In this document: piece after piece, positions 15,085 through 32,502 of the stretch
Layout of the letters: every line of letters begins with the position of its first letter
Numbering within the stretch: position 1 is the first letter of the stretch
Source of the DNA: the human T2T-CHM13v2.0 reference genome, Homo sapiens
Direction: 5' to 3' (one strand)
Length of the DNA: 64,000 nucleotides
NCBI RefSeq assembly: GCF_009914755.1
Contig: NC_060925.1
The notes under the pieces: generated by a model
The model's input: the letters and a program-made list of their open reading frames with translations, nothing else
What the model was told of the DNA's origin: nothing
Database searches by the model: none
Program-made: the position numbers and the translations under genes

Positions 15085-16659
15085 TTCAACTATGTTTTTG
15101 TAACAACCTGGAGAGCCAGATTGGAGGTTAGACTTGTCGATTCTCTGGAGTTCTGTGTCAGAAGCCAGAGGCGCGAGAAGCACTGGCCACAGCCCCCCTT
15201 TATCTTCCCAGCCTCTCTGTCCAGCACCCTGGGCCCACATGTCTCAGCTCTGCTCACATCTGCACAAATACTGCTTTTTGGCCATCCCTTGGGAGAGACA
15301 GACCTGGAGAAGAGTCTCATGCAGGGCCTGGAAGCTGACTTGGGGGCCCTTTGGATAGAGAATTTGGGGGCCCTGAGTCCACCAAACGTGGTCTAGTTTC
15401 TAGAAAACAGAGCCTGGGTTCTAGCAGGAACATCCTGTTGGTCCTATGGACTCTTCTCCTGGTGAGGACTGTGGCCTGAGGAGGACCAGGGAGGGCCTTC
15501 TAAAGCATGGGTCTCAGGCAGAAACCCCTCATGTGTAAGGGTGGAAGGGAAGGCCCCCTATGCCTCTTGTAGCCCAAAGAGAAAGTGGGAGTGACCCCTG
15601 TGGGCAGTGGCTTAGGGTCTCTGCAGAGTTTTTCCACTAGAGGCAGGGCAGAGCCCCCCGGTTGGGGTCCCATGCCACTCATAAAATTCTTCCACTTCCA
15701 CTTCTACCTCAAGCCGCCTGGCTGACAGTACTCCTCTTTACACCTCTTTCATGCACTGTTGGGACTGTGTTTGGTGCTGTCTGGGCCCTGTGAGAGGGGG
15801 ACCCAGAGTGGGAGGGAGTCACCGCACAGCAGCCGCCTTCCCAGGATCGCCTGTTCTCTCTCATGTTTCTCTTTAAAATTTGTTTATGTGCGTTTCTACA
15901 TTTGTCCTCTTCCTTCCACAGGCCTGGCAGGTTCTATTTTTGAAGGTCTGGGCAGGGACCAAGGCCCAGCAAGTGTAGCCAAATCACACAGCTTCATCTG
16001 CCTTCCCTGGCCTTGATCACCACCACCCTTCCTGCTCCCTCCTCTTCTCCCTCCTGGAAGAATGGGTCCTGTCTTCAGGCCCTGAGCATCACTCCGGAGA
16101 GTGAGACAGACAGACAGACAGACAGACAGAGAAAGAGAGGTGGAGGCTGAGAGCAAGAACAACTCTGCTGGACCTTGGAATCAGAGAGATTTATTCCATC
16201 TCTCCTAAATTTGAAATATTTTTCCTGGGTTCTCTCCTTGGGAACGCTTATGTGTAGGATTAATTTATGACTAGATCCCAAATGAAAACAGTTCCTAAGC
16301 CCAACACCCAATAAAGTCCCCATTGAGTTTCTTCTCACACTTCCTCCCCACCTGGCAGGCGAGGCCGCTGGCTCTGGTGTGTGTTCTGAGCTCACTGCAG
16401 GCCGGCCACTCTCTGGGGCACCACTTCTGTCCTGTGCCTGGCTCTGTCCACAGCACAGGCCCCAGTGTCCGCCCCAGCGTACTGCCTTGCTCACAAATGC
16501 TCGTTTGCCTTCCGTTCTTAATTTATAAACTGTTTTTCAAACTTGTTGGCTGTGGGCTTTGATCCTGGGGCTGTGAGTCCCAAGCGGCCAGGCACCAGGC
16601 ATCCACTGAAGCAGGCTGTGTCCACAGCACCCAAACAGGCTGGTCCTGGGACTCACTGG

Positions 16660-16760
16660 CTTGGAAGATCAGAACTGAAAAGACCTTGGAAATCACCTCA
16701 TTTTACAGAGAAGGAAACTGAGATAAGTGAGTTGTCCATCGTCATGCTTAAAACAAGGTT
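16660..16760 (-). mobile_element. MIR fragment
   Basis: cattttacagagaaggaaactgag core. Confidence 0.6.
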
Positions 16761-16925
16761 TTAATACTGGATTTCTGTTGTTTTTATGCCAGTCAACCTC
16801 AGAGGCATTGGGCAATGGAATCTTCTCTAGTTGACTCTATCCTGGTGTGAGAGGGATTTGGTGAGTCAGGCTCCTGACCCACGCTCCTGAGAGCAGCAGC
16901 CTATGGCTCAAGGCCACAAGGGAAG

Positions 16926-17305
16926 TGATACGGTTTGGCTGTGCCCCATCCAAAATCTCATCTTGAATTTAATCCCCATAATCCCCGTGTGTCAATGGAG
17001 AGACCAGGTGGAGGTAATTGGATCATGGGGTGGTTTCCTCCATGCTATTCTCATGATAGTGAGTGAGTTCTCACGAGATCTGATGGTTTTATAAGGGGCT
17101 CTTCCCACCTTTGCTCAGCACTTATCCTTCCTGCCACCTTGTGAAGAAGGTGGCTTGCTTGCCCTTCACCTTCCACCATGATTGTAAGTTTCCCGAGGCC
17201 CCCCGACTGAACCATGCTGAACTATGAGTCAATTACGCCTCTTTCCTTTATAAATTACCCAGTCTCAGGTATTTCTTTATAGCAATGTGAGAACGGACTA
17301 ATACA
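16926..17305 (+). mobile_element. MSTA/THE1-group MaLR solo LTR
   Basis: tgatacggtttggctgtg...ataaattacccagtctcaggtatttctttatagcaatgtgagaacggactaataca. Confidence 0.9.
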
Positions 17306-17599
17306 GAAGGATTGCCTGGCATTCTCCCAGGCGTGGAGGGAATGGAGGGAAGAGCTGCAGGAGTGGGGGTGATGTGGGAGGTGGAGCCTGGTGGGGTTGG
17401 GGAAGGTCTGCAAGCTGGAGCAGGGGCAGGGGTTTGGGGGTCCTCCCAGGGTCGCTGAGAGGGAGTTGCTTCCTAGGCCAGATTCTGGGAGTGGAGCAGG
17501 ACTTCAGAGGGCAGTGGCTCCCAGGACATCCCTCAGCCCAGGACTCTTGTCCCCATAAAGCACTATACAATCCCTGACTCCATCTCCCACACTTTCAAC

Positions 17600-19000
17600 A
17601 CTGTGCCTTCCGGGAATCACCATCCAGCACTCCTCAAATCCCAGATGTTCTTCTCTGAGCAGTCCCTTTGTCTCCTTGTTCTGATGGAAACCTGCTCTCC
17701 CCCGAGATCACCGGTTCCCTAAAACTCCCTCATATGGTGAATCTTTTCTACTCAATGGGATCGTCCTGCTAAACCTAGAGGAGAGGTGGGGGTCTTCTTT
17801 TCTTCACTCTGCTACTGCTTCTCCCTAAAACACCTAGAAGTTAATCTTGTGTCATTAGAGAGACTTTCTGAAATGCCCCTAACAGTAATTTACATATGCC
17901 CTGAGCTTTCCCCTTTCATTCCTTGATGTTTAGTGCCTAGATTACCATCAATCTCAACACCGCTCCTGATTGAGCACTGGGAGGATTTTTCTCAGACCGT
18001 GACCTTTCTTTTCCTTGAACTTCTCTCCTTACTCATATTGGCCTCCACTGAGCTTCAGTCCCACACTCCAGTGGGCATATCCTAGACCCTGGCATTTATT
18101 ACCAATTAAAGCGCCCCCTCCATAATCTCAATTGCATCTCAACTGAAAGTTGTATCTCTCTCCAACCACTTTCCTGATCACTCCGTCTAGTACCTACTCT
18201 TTGTGGCTGTACTGGGATTACAGCCCATTCCTTCTACCATCTTTTCACAGCCATCACCCACCTTTGTGTTCAGTTACCTCCTTTTCCAGCTGAGGTTTCA
18301 TGGCCCATCAGTAGAATCCCTCCTTTCCAAACACCTGAAACTCCCTTGCTGCCTTGCGTGGTAGTCATCTGGTGAAAGCCAAATCCCAGCCTACTCTGTG
18401 CAGCAACTGCACAGGACTGAAGAAGGCACCTACCATGCAGAGCAGTCTCATCTCAGGTTCATGACCATTAACCTCAGGTGGACCCTGAGTGCTGCCTGGC
18501 AAGCCCAGTCCATTCACTTTCCCACTCTCCAGAGCATTATGTCACACCTCTGCTTCTCTCATTCCTTCACGCCTCCTTCACCATGCTCGTTCTCAGTGGA
18601 CAGCTTATTACCAAATGAGAAATGAGAAACAATCAGAAGAGGATGCCACATGCTCTCACCATCCTGTCTAGACCCTTCCTTCATTTATGCCCTACTTCTC
18701 AGCCTTCCTTCCTGTTGTTATGGAAGAACTGTCCATCAAAGACCAAGAGCTGCAATTCTCTAAGGGACTCCCTGCTCAGCAATTATACCACTCTATTCTT
18801 CATAATCAATATCCCCTCTCTTCTGAAACATTCCGATTGCACAGAAACATCCTGGAATAGCTCCCATGTTCATCAACTTTCCCTTGATCTTACATCTGCC
18901 TCCAGCCACTGACCCATTTCTTTGCTCCCCTTTACAGCAAAAGGCTCTTCAAGAGAGCCTTTACTTGCCACCTCCCATTCGTCTCTTCCCCTTCTCTTTC
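17600..19000 (+). mobile_element. L2 ORF2 (endonuclease-region) relic
   Basis: Pyrimidine-rich; atggaaacctgctctccccc (ETWLSP-like) and gggcatatcctagacc (GHTLDL-like). Confidence 0.6.
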
Positions 19001-19019
19001 CTTTTTCTGCTTTTTGTTT

Positions 19020-20635
<1,616 letters not shown>

Positions 20636-21062
20636 TGTTAAAAGAAAAACCTCAGCTGAATTAAATTTAAGGGAGTTTAATTGAGCAATGAGTGATTCAG
20701 CAATCGGGCAGCCTTCAGAATCACAGCAGATTCGCACAGACTCCAGGGATGCCTCATGGTCAGAACAAATCTATAGACAAAAAAAGGGAAGTGATGTACA
20801 GAAATCAGAGGTGAGGTACAGAAACAGTTAGGTTGGTTACAGGTTGATGTTTGCCTTATTTGAACACAGTTTGAATACTCAGCAGCGTATGACTGATTGA
20901 AGTATGGCTGCTGGGATTGACCAAGACTCAGCAGTTGTTACAGGTACCTAGTCCTAAATTAGGGTTTCAATCTTGTCTGCCTATTAGGTTGAAGTTCATT
21001 CATGAGGACTCAAATACAGAAGCAGGGAGTCCTTCTCAGGCCATATTTAGTTTGCTTTGACA
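20636..21062 (-). mobile_element. MER57A-like 3' LTR
   Basis: tgttaaaagaaaaacctcagctgaattaaatttaa...ctcaggccatatttagtttgctttgaca; reverse complement of the 13563 LTR. Confidence 0.88.
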
Positions 21063-23243
21063 ATTCCCCCATTTTGTTCATTTTCTCGATTTTGAGAGAC
21101 TGACCAAAACTTTTGTCTTTGATGTTACTATCACCATGGTAAATGTACTTGTTTGGTCTTGAAACCCACTAGGAAACAGTAGAACAGTGAGTTTTGCGAA
21201 AGTAGGAACAAGGACTGTGTAGAGGGTACCTCCTTATGCTGGAACATCTTGTTTACAGAAGAAAAACAAAACCTGGTCTGTTCTGGCCTAGGATCTATGT
21301 GTTTCCTTAAAGTCTTAGTTTGATTATGTCATTTTTAGTATGAGTGACTCCAGCTTTGTTTGATTTGGTCTGTTGAGGCCTAGTGCATGAGCTCAGTCCA
21401 AAACAATGGCCTCCCATAATTTTATTTTTAAAAATTCCCCCTTTTTGGCCAGGTTCTCACTTAGGTGAGAGTGCGACCAAAACTTAGGGCTTTAGCGCCA
21501 CTCTTGGTTACCACCATTTTCAGTTTCCCTTCTCAGCATGTCATTCATAGCTTACAGTGTCCTCCTGGTCACACATTTCTTTCAGCTTTTGTCATTACAG
21601 TTGAATAGAGACCATTTAACATTCTAGAGTTGGCTGCATGCAAGCATTAAAACCTTTGAGAGAACACAGAGCACCAGAGAGACTGTTATTATGACTATCT
21701 ACAGGATAATAACAAGAGTTTGGAATATGCTCCTTACCCAGGGTTCCCAAAAACCAAACCACCTAAAATCAAATAGATCAAAGAGCAAGCTAAACAGTCC
21801 ACTCGCTTAACTAAGTGGTCTTTTTGTTAATCCCCTACAACGGAATCTCTGTAATACCTTATGTATATCTCCCTAGGCCAGAAGTGCCAGCAGATACATA
21901 GACACTTTTCTGTCTAGCCAGTTCTATTACTTACCTTAACTTTCACAAGAGAATTGAAAGTCTTCTGTGTAACTACAGCCTTTACAGTAAAATCTGCTAT
22001 AGAGCCTATTGTAAGGGATACATCTCTGATCATCACCTCTTTTATTCAAAAACATGGAAAAAGGACCTAACAAATGATGCCCTTCTAGAAGAGTGAAGGC
22101 CTCCTGGCAATGTTCTCTTTAATCCATGATACGGGTTAAGAGGAGTGAACCAATGTACTGTTTCTGACTGACTATGAGGCAACGTATGTACCATTAAAGT
22201 TCCCCACATCGGGCCTTCATCTTTTGTCTATCAAAGTATAAGGTTATCCATGTATAAGGCTGGCTGCAAAATCCTTCACAAATAAAAGTATACCCCATAA
22301 GTGCATGCAGCAGACACCCTCTTCATTTCTATTGTTCACAGAGGCATAAGCAAGGAAAAAATTTTCAAAGATAAGAGTCTCATGACAGTAGAAGTCTTCA
22401 TCCACGATCTTAGGAAAAGCCATTCACATCAAGGTTGCCATATTCGTCTGGGGAGAGACTTCCTTGGTTAGCTTTACCTTAAAGTTTCCACTGGGTGTAT
22501 AGTTCCAAGAGCGTGGAGGGACCCTTCTCAGTTGTGCGATTATGAACCCAAGTTTCAAGATCCTAAAGTTTTGTTGCAGTGTGAATGGCAAGGACAGTCT
22601 TTCTCTGATGTTTTCAGAAGATGCAATTTTCAGGTTCTAGATGATGAAGGGGTTGACTGTCCTCAGTGAATCACAAAAAGCTTTCTTTACCTGGTGAAAA
22701 TATACTGTAACACAGTAATCTACTACATCTTATTATTATTATATTATTATGCTTCATACATGTAGCATAATAATCTATTACATAATATCAGCACTCTTGC
22801 ACGGAAGAGCTTTTATACAACTAGAAAACATGCACCGAAAATAACAATTGAATGAAATCCTTTTATAAAATGTTTAAATGGCCCATCAGGTAACCAAATG
22901 TACCTGAAGCTTTGATTGTTTTTCCCAGGAATATGGGTTAACAAACCAAACATTGGTTATAAGCTATTTTAGCAATTTATAAGTTACCACACCAATATAT
23001 TTAATTTGGATTATTTTGTCTTTCCCATGATGAGTCATGGAATGCAGAACTTTTAATAACAAAAGCTTTAAGGACTCAGGAAGAACAAAGTGGCTGTCCT
23101 GGTTCTCCATGAGTCCATGCTTGATTAACATTAGACTTATGTCCTCTTCAATACCAGTTGTTTCTCCAAATTAGGTGCATAGCACTGATAATTGATGGGT
23201 TGTCATAGGTAATTTGACTTAGATCATGGATTTCATTCAAATT
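21063..23243 (-). mobile_element. MER57-int / MER4-group ERV internal sequence, 5'-truncated and non-coding
   Basis: Polypurine tract (attccccccattttg on +) abuts the LTR; no ORF of 60 aa or more in the track. Confidence 0.75.
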
Positions 23244-23482
23244 TCATCAGGACAGAGGATGGAACTCAGAGGTGAGAGGGTTGGACTCTGGATGTTTCCT
23301 TTGGAAAACTGCAGACAGTAAGTGATCCTATGTGTATGTGTGGCGGAGACTGGAGACTGTGCAGGGCTTGGAGAACCCATGAGGCTCCCATGGACTTATT
23401 TACTCCCAGCTGCAATATCAGCAAGCCACTGTTGACCCAGATCCTATGTGGCCAGCTGCCCTGCTATTTGAGTCCTCCTTGC

Positions 23483-23854
<372 letters not shown>

Positions 23855-24059
23855 TTAATGTAAAATTTACAGGATATACACTAGCTAATAGCAAGGAAAT
23901 CCTTTACTCAATATACTCACAAAATGGATTAGAAAACCAAAAACAAACACTACAATAAACCACCAAATCATGCCTTGCTCCAATGTCTCTTCCTGTATCT
24001 CTTCCTGTATTTTTCACTGCTCCTTATAAGAGGTTCATGTAATGCTTTCTTTGTAGAAT

Positions 24060-24521
24060 TTCATAGTGGGAAATTTCATCTTTCATGAAGAGCTTGTAGG
24101 CTTCCTGCAACAACCATGGAAATGTGTCCACTGGATCTCTCTCCAAGAAGGAACTTGCCAATCAGCCATGAGAAGTGCAGTGAGCTGTCATTCCCCCAGG
24201 TGCAACATTTAGCCGAGGCCAGGCTCTTCCCAGGAAGACCCCAGCCAAGGACAGAACAGGGTAGGGGTCTTAGGGCGTGGTTCCTTCTGTCCAACTTGGG
24301 ACTCCACTAAGGGCAGTTTTTTGTTGGAGTACTCCCTTGGGCTGGCCAAGGCTTTCTTGGGGTTGCATTTGAGTCTGAGGCTTTTCCTACCCAATCCTCC
24401 TTTCTTCTCCGTCTCCTCCCTCCATCACAATCTGTACCTTTTGCAGGCATTACCCCAGTGAATCGTTTGCATTTCTAACTTCCTCTTAGAGTCTGCCTCC
24501 CAGAGGAACCCAACTGTCACA
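24060..24521 (+). mobile_element. Old ERVL-type LTR (LTR40/LTR16-like)
   Basis: 3' end tttgcatttctaacttcctcttagagtctgcctcccagaggaacccaactgtcaca. Confidence 0.45.
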
Positions 24522-25328
24522 CTGACAAAATAATGATTCCCTTGATTTCTTGAAACCTGAGTTATACTTGTAATCGTAGTATCTCACATCACCTTCTCCA
24601 AAACCACGCTTTGCAGAACAACTGTGTTACACATGCTCTAAGAGATCAGGTACCATCAGGAAGCTTTGCCTACTCTCCTCCTTTCCTATGATCATTTACA
24701 AAAACATTAATGTAAAAAAGCTCTAAGAAGTCTTGCAATAAAAAATATTTATCTTTGTTGATCCCAGTTTTCCCCCTAACTTATTTAAACATGGACCTCC
24801 TTTTACCTGATGTGCCTAATAACTTCCCATGCAGCATGAGTATGCCTTAAAACACTGTGTGGGCAATCTCATTCAGGAAGTAGGGTTTTTTTTTTTGACA
24901 TTTATTCTTATTATTATTTGCTTTTTGTTGAGGCAGAATGTATTTTATTGAGGTGTAGTATATATACAGTAAAGTGTGGAAAATGCACAAATCCTAAGTG
25001 TACAGCCCAAGTGTTTGAATATGTTTATTTCAGTGTAGCTATTGCCCAGATCAAGATTAAGAGCACTTCCATCACCTTAGAAGAATGTCCCCTTCCCATT
25101 ATCAGTAAATATACTCCATCCTGCATTAAAACCCCTTTTTAAATGAATGTGCTTGCCTTTTTAGTATTGAGTTTTAGTCATTCTTCCTATCTTTTGGATA
25201 TAAATGTTTTATCAATTATTCATATTGCTAATATCTTCTCCCAGTCTGTGGTTTGCATTTTCATGCTCCTAGTGGTGCATTTGATGAGAAGTTCTTAATT
25301 CTATATAATTAATTAATTAATTAATTAA

Positions 25329-25936
<608 letters not shown>

Positions 25937-26889
25937 TAGCATCTGCTTGTAGAAACTCTTTTACTTTTCCTGTGTCTTCTAGTACAATGTTAAATAGAGG
26001 TAATGACAGTGGGCATTCTTGCCTTTTTGTCAATAATAATGTTAGAAAGTGCTTTGAAAATGAAAGCGCTTCTCTTGTGCAAGGTAAAGTAATTGCATCT
26101 GACCCCATGCAATCCTGTCTTTCCTGTATTGAGACAGCAATTGAATCATCGTTGTTAGATCCCTGCTAAACATTGCAATAGTGTCTTGGGTATAGCTGGG
26201 GCCTTTGTCTCCCAGCAAGGGAGGAAAGGGAAGATATTGTTACTACTATTATAGATGGAGAAACTGGGTCACAGCATTAGATCAAAACAGACCTATGACC
26301 AGAATCTAAATATCTTGCCTGCTGACCCGCTGCCCATTCCCCTGGCCCAGGCTGTCCTGAGACCGTATATGGGTAGGACTGGGCTGGGTTTTTTGCTTGG
26401 ATTCAGGCCTAATCTGTAAACAGAACTTTTGAGTTGAAGTGGTCTGCTTTTTGTGACAGTCACCATTTCAGAGTCTCTCAAAAGTTCTCTTCACAGAGAG
26501 TTGTCTTCAGCATCCCTAGGAGCGATGTAGAGACTACTTGGGCTCTCCGACTGCATTGCAGGATGAGAACATCAATTTTTGGCCTGGGTCCTTTGCAGTA
26601 ATTTTTGCTGTCAGATCCACAGGTGGGCTTCTAGCTGCTTCTTGACTGAACTCAGGGAGTAAATTTATTTGCAATATGATAGTACCCTACCTTTGTTTCT
26701 GCTGTGATTTAATAGATTGGTTATGAAATTGAATAAAAATCATTGATGTCTTTCCAGAACATCACCATGGGCCCCACTCATGATAATAGGGGCTGATTTT
26801 GCACTAGCAAGCAGAAATGAGTCAAGAGACTGACTTGGTTTTTATGTCTTCTGTCCCTTTCTAGACTAAATGAAGATCAAGTCTGAAAG

Positions 26890-27490
26890 TCATTCACTTT
26901 GTCATCTGTTGGCTCTACCTTTGACTCAAGTGCCAGCCTCTTCATCTCTCTCCTGGATTCCTATAATACCTTCTCAGCTTCGGCTGTCATTTCCCCTCCA
27001 CACACAGCCAGCATGAGTGACTGCAAAATCAAAGTCCTGAGCTGGTCTCCCCACTCACTCAAAGGCCCTGTAGGACAGTGTCCCTCTGTGATGGCATAGC
27101 CACGCTGGCCTCTTGGCTGTTCCTCAGATATCCCATGCTGCTGCCACCTTGAGCACTTGCTGGTTTATCTGCCTGATTCAATGCTCTTCTCCCGACATTT
27201 ATCCACATGGACCCATCTGCAAAGTTCTCAAGTTTCTGCTCAGAGTCACCTCATCAGGTTGGTGACAACCTTATTTAAAATAGCTCTTCTTCTCCATATC
27301 TCCTTGCCTGACTTCATTTTTATCATAGCAATTGTATTGATTTGTTTTGTTGTTTATTGTGTGTCTCCCTATTCTAGAATGTAAGCTCCTTGAGGACAGG
27401 GACTTGTCTGCTTGACTTGTTTCTATCAGGGTGTCAGGACAGGGCATATGGTAGGTGCTTAATAAATATGTGTGGGTGAATGGACAATGA
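26890..27490 (+). mobile_element. L2a 3' end
   Basis: tagaatgtaagctccttgaggacagggac...ggtaggtgcttaataaatatgtg. Confidence 0.75.
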
Positions 27491-27578
27491 TTCATGGATG
27501 ATATCCAGAGGGTAATGGTGATTGCCAGTCATGGGCATATGGCATTTTGTTTTACAATATTTTTATACATATGGGATA

Positions 27579-27878
27579 TTATTATTATTATTTTTGAGAC
27601 AGAGTTTCGCTCTGTCACCCAGGCCAGAGTGCAGTGGCATGATCTTGGCTGACTGCAGCTTTGACTTTCCAGTCTCACACAATCCTCCCACCTCAGCCTC
27701 CCAAGTAGCTGGGACTACATGCATGCACCACCATGCCTGGCTAATTTTTTAAATTTTTGGTAGGGCTAGGGCTTCACTAGGTTTCTCAGGCAGGTCTCAA
27801 ACTCCTAGGCTCAAGTGACCTTCCTACCTAAGCCTCCCAAAGTGCTGGGATTACAGGGATGAGCCACCAGGCCCTGCC
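27579..27878 (-). mobile_element. AluJ
   Basis: Diverged dimer, (tta)n tail. Confidence 0.9.
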
Positions 27879-28158
27879 AATACTATTATTTTTGTTGCTT
27901 CATGATACGTTTTAGAAATCTTTTATGTTAGTTAAATGGAAAACTGTCTTGTTCTTTTTGACTGCTACATACCATTCCTCAGTGTGGGTGTACCGTGATG
28001 TAACCATTCCCTCCTTAGTAGTCCTTGTTTGCAATTTTTCTATTTTATTTCATTGCAAATAGAGCTTTGAGAAACACCTTTGCACATGTGGTTTTGGGGA
28101 CATGCATTATCATTTCTTTCATGTTGAACTCCTTCAAGTGAAATTTCCAGGTGTAAGT

Positions 28159-28365
28159 CACAGCTGCCCAATAGCTTTCTGCAATGATAAAAGTGTTCTG
28201 TTCTGCACTGCTCAATGTGGTAGCTACTAGCCACATATGGCTTTTGAGTATTTGAAATGTAGCTAGTGCAACTGAAGAACTGAAATTTAAATTTTGTTTT
28301 AATTCTAATTAATTTATATTTAAATAGCTACATATGGCTACCAGCTACTACATTGAATGGCACAG
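28159..28365. mobile_element. MER3 (hAT-Charlie) MITE
   Basis: ctgcccaatagctttctgcaatgat...gtagctactagccacatatggc...tagctacatatggctaccagctac...gcacag. Confidence 0.8.
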
Positions 28366-28392
28366 GTATAAATGAATATATTTTAAATTTTA

Positions 28393-28703
<311 letters not shown>

Positions 28704-28852
28704 TTACAACTAAAATCTACTCCAAAAGTTCTGTATTAGCATGTATTCTCACAAACAGTACCTGTTTTGCCACATTCTCAGCAACACCTTCTGATTTTTG
28801 CCAACAGATTTATAATAATAATTGTTCTTTTTTTGTATATTGGAAAAGTTGA

Positions 28853-29201
<349 letters not shown>

Positions 29202-29203
29202 GC

Positions 29204-29484
<281 letters not shown>

Positions 29485-29533
29485 CACATCCTTTGTTTTT
29501 TATTCCATGGGATTAGCTTTCTCTTGTTGATTT

Positions 29534-29848
29534 CTTTTTTTTTTCTTTTTTTTTTTTTTTTTTTTTGAGACAGTCTTACTCTGTCGTCCAGGCTGGAGTG
29601 CAGTGGTGCGATCTCAGCTCACTGCAACCTCTGCCTCCCGGGTTGAAGCAATTCTCCTGTCTCAGCCTCCCCCAAGTAGCTGAGATTACAGGTGCACACC
29701 ATCACGCCTGGCTAATTTTTGTATTTTTAGTAGAGATGGCGTTTCACCATATTGGCCAGGCTGGTCTCAAACTCCTGACCTCAAGCAATCTGCCTGCCTT
29801 GACCTCCCAAAGTGCTGGGATTACAGGCGTGAGCCACTGCACCTGGCC
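29534..29848 (-). mobile_element. Alu (S-type)
   Basis: Full dimer; TSD tcttg(t/c)tgatttctt. Confidence 0.95.
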
Positions 29849-31194
29849 TCTTGCTGATTTCTTGGAGTGCTTTCCATCTTGTGGGTATGTATGCGATCCT
29901 GCTATACATGATGCAGACGTGTCCTCCATCTGTCACAGGAGCCGGCACACTCCTCGTGCCCCATTCACCACAGAGGCCAGGCAGTGGGCACTATTGATTT
30001 GGAAGCAAACCAGAGAGCCTCCCTCGGCTTGTCTCTCATAAGAACCATGGTGGCCTTTTTGGCAGAGTCTTTGCTAACCTGTCCTCTCATTGTCCCAGAG
30101 CTTTGCAGTCAGGTCTGAGCCTTTGAATGACTCAGTTAGCTTAGATTCAAGTGGAGCCCCTGTTCCTAATGAATGCATGAGGACAAGCACTGTATCATGA
30201 ATGCTATCCCAAAGTGGTGTGTGCTGTTTTGGTGGGCAACTCTACCAGGACTAGAATGCCTAAACAAAGATCACTGGGTGATGCCTCGCAGCCTAGGGCC
30301 CAGGAGATTCCTGCTGGGTGGGATGGCTTAGGCGGCCTCAGAAGACCTTTCTAATTCCAACACCAAATCCACATCCTTCCTCGCTTTGTCTCAGAAGAGT
30401 GCTGGGGTGACCAGTAAACTTGGATTTGTCTCCAGATAAGAACAGCATGACCTTGGAAAGTTCTCTGAGTCTGATTTTCCTTATCGGTAATATGGGCTTA
30501 CAAATATACGCATGATCATCATCCTCCTAGGGTTGTTGTTGTGAGGTGTGTATGACACTGGAAAGGGCCTAGCAAACCTCAGGGTGCTGTCCTGAGAACT
30601 AAGGACCATCTGTCCCTAGGCCTGGTTCATATGTCAGGAATCTGTCTCCATGTAGAGTTAGAACAACTGAAGGCTCACCTTGCAGTTGGGCCATTTTCTT
30701 CTTATTTTCACAAGGGGTTTACAAGAACAAACATGCTCCCCCTTTTTTTCTTTAGCTCCCCAGCTGCTCACAAGAGACGGCTGATCCCCTTTCACAAAGT
30801 GGGGACCAACTGAGTATGTGGCCTGGAGCCTCTCTCATCCCCACTCCTGCCATTTCCAGGTACATAGGTTTCTTCCATGAAGGTAAATGACAATTCTGTA
30901 ACTTTCAATTGGATCATAAATGAGCCATCCCTTGGCAGTTTGGGGGCCTGGAGACAAGGTGAGGCTCTCCTTTTCATGCTATTTTAATGCTGTATCTAGA
31001 CATTTCTCAGAGCAGGGGAATGCTGTTTTCATAAATTCTCAGACTCTCCCCTCAAAAGACACATTGCTTTAACTTTCCCTCTTACTTCCCCAGATAGCCT
31101 GGTTCTTTATCCCCTTGCTCAGAGTTGGATATGAGATTCCTTTGTGGAGTAAGCCCTGATTTTAATGTCACATATATTTGCTTTAAAAAGCCAA

Positions 31195-31360
31195 GGTCTG
31201 CCACTTACCAGTGGGAGGACCCGGGCAAATTGCTTAACCTCTTTGACTCTTAATTTTCTCATCTTTGAAATGGAGATGTTGAGTCTCAAGAACTATGATT
31301 GTCCATAGAAGTAAATGTGATCATTAATGCAAACACCCAGCCAAGTGCCTGGCACTTGGG
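31195..31360 (+). mobile_element. MIR
   Basis: tctgccacttaccag...ggcaaattgcttaacctct...ttttctcatctttgaaatggag...gtgcctggcac. Confidence 0.65.
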
Positions 31361-32186
31361 GAGTTGTCATCTCTTTCTTGTTAATGTAATTATTATTGCA
31401 CAACAAAGGTTTATTGAGTGGTTGATGTGAAGATGAATAAAACATGTTCTCTGCCGTTCAGAGGCTCATGATCTAGTTGGAGAAGAAACACCAGCATTGA
31501 CAATTTGAATACGAACACAAGAGAAACAGGTTCTTTCTGGTTTTCCAGACAGCAGGGCAGCTGTGGAAAAAGGTCCTCATCGGGGCCGCTGCTGTGTCTT
31601 GTGTCATAACAGGCCCAGCTGCAGGGCAACTTCTGGCAGGGGCAGTATAACGGTAGGACCAGGTTCAGTGCCCATCCTGCTCATCTGCTCATAAAGTACC
31701 CATAAAAGGCCCGGAGGTCCCCCTAGACTCCCAGTCCCTCTCCGGATGTGCCTCCAGCTCATCATCCAGAGCTGACCGGCTGGGTTGAGACTCTACGCTG
31801 GATTGGGTGTTTTACCCCTTGGCTAGACCCTTCAAAACTGAAACTAGAACTCTGGTTGGTTCTCAGGTCCTCCACCATAAGCCTCTGCCCCAGCTCCCTG
31901 AGTCATCACCAAAGGTTAGCCTGGCCCCACCTAAACCTTGGTTCAGGCAGGAACAGTAGCCCTGCTTGCCTGGGAACGGAGTCTACAGAGGAATGGCCCA
32001 ATGCTGGGGCACAGCGCTACACTCATGGTGCACAAAAGGATCTCCTAGGTTTCCATGCCATCTCCTAGGAGGCATAAGAGATCGGGGCAGGTTGTAGATG
32101 GATGAATTCCTTAGCTTTATCCTTGTCATGCAGACATGGGTTGTTCAGTCTTGCCACTATACAACATACCATTATGAAAATAAGTG

Positions 32187-32502
<316 letters not shown>

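Noticed and set aside
21063-23243. Coding-competent endogenous retrovirus (env/pol)
   Set aside because: No ORF of 60 aa or more; 5' LTR and primer-binding site absent
26497-26622. Possible exon (ttctcttcacag ... cag/gtgggc)
   Set aside because: Weak splice signals that are common by chance; no supporting frame or neighbouring exons
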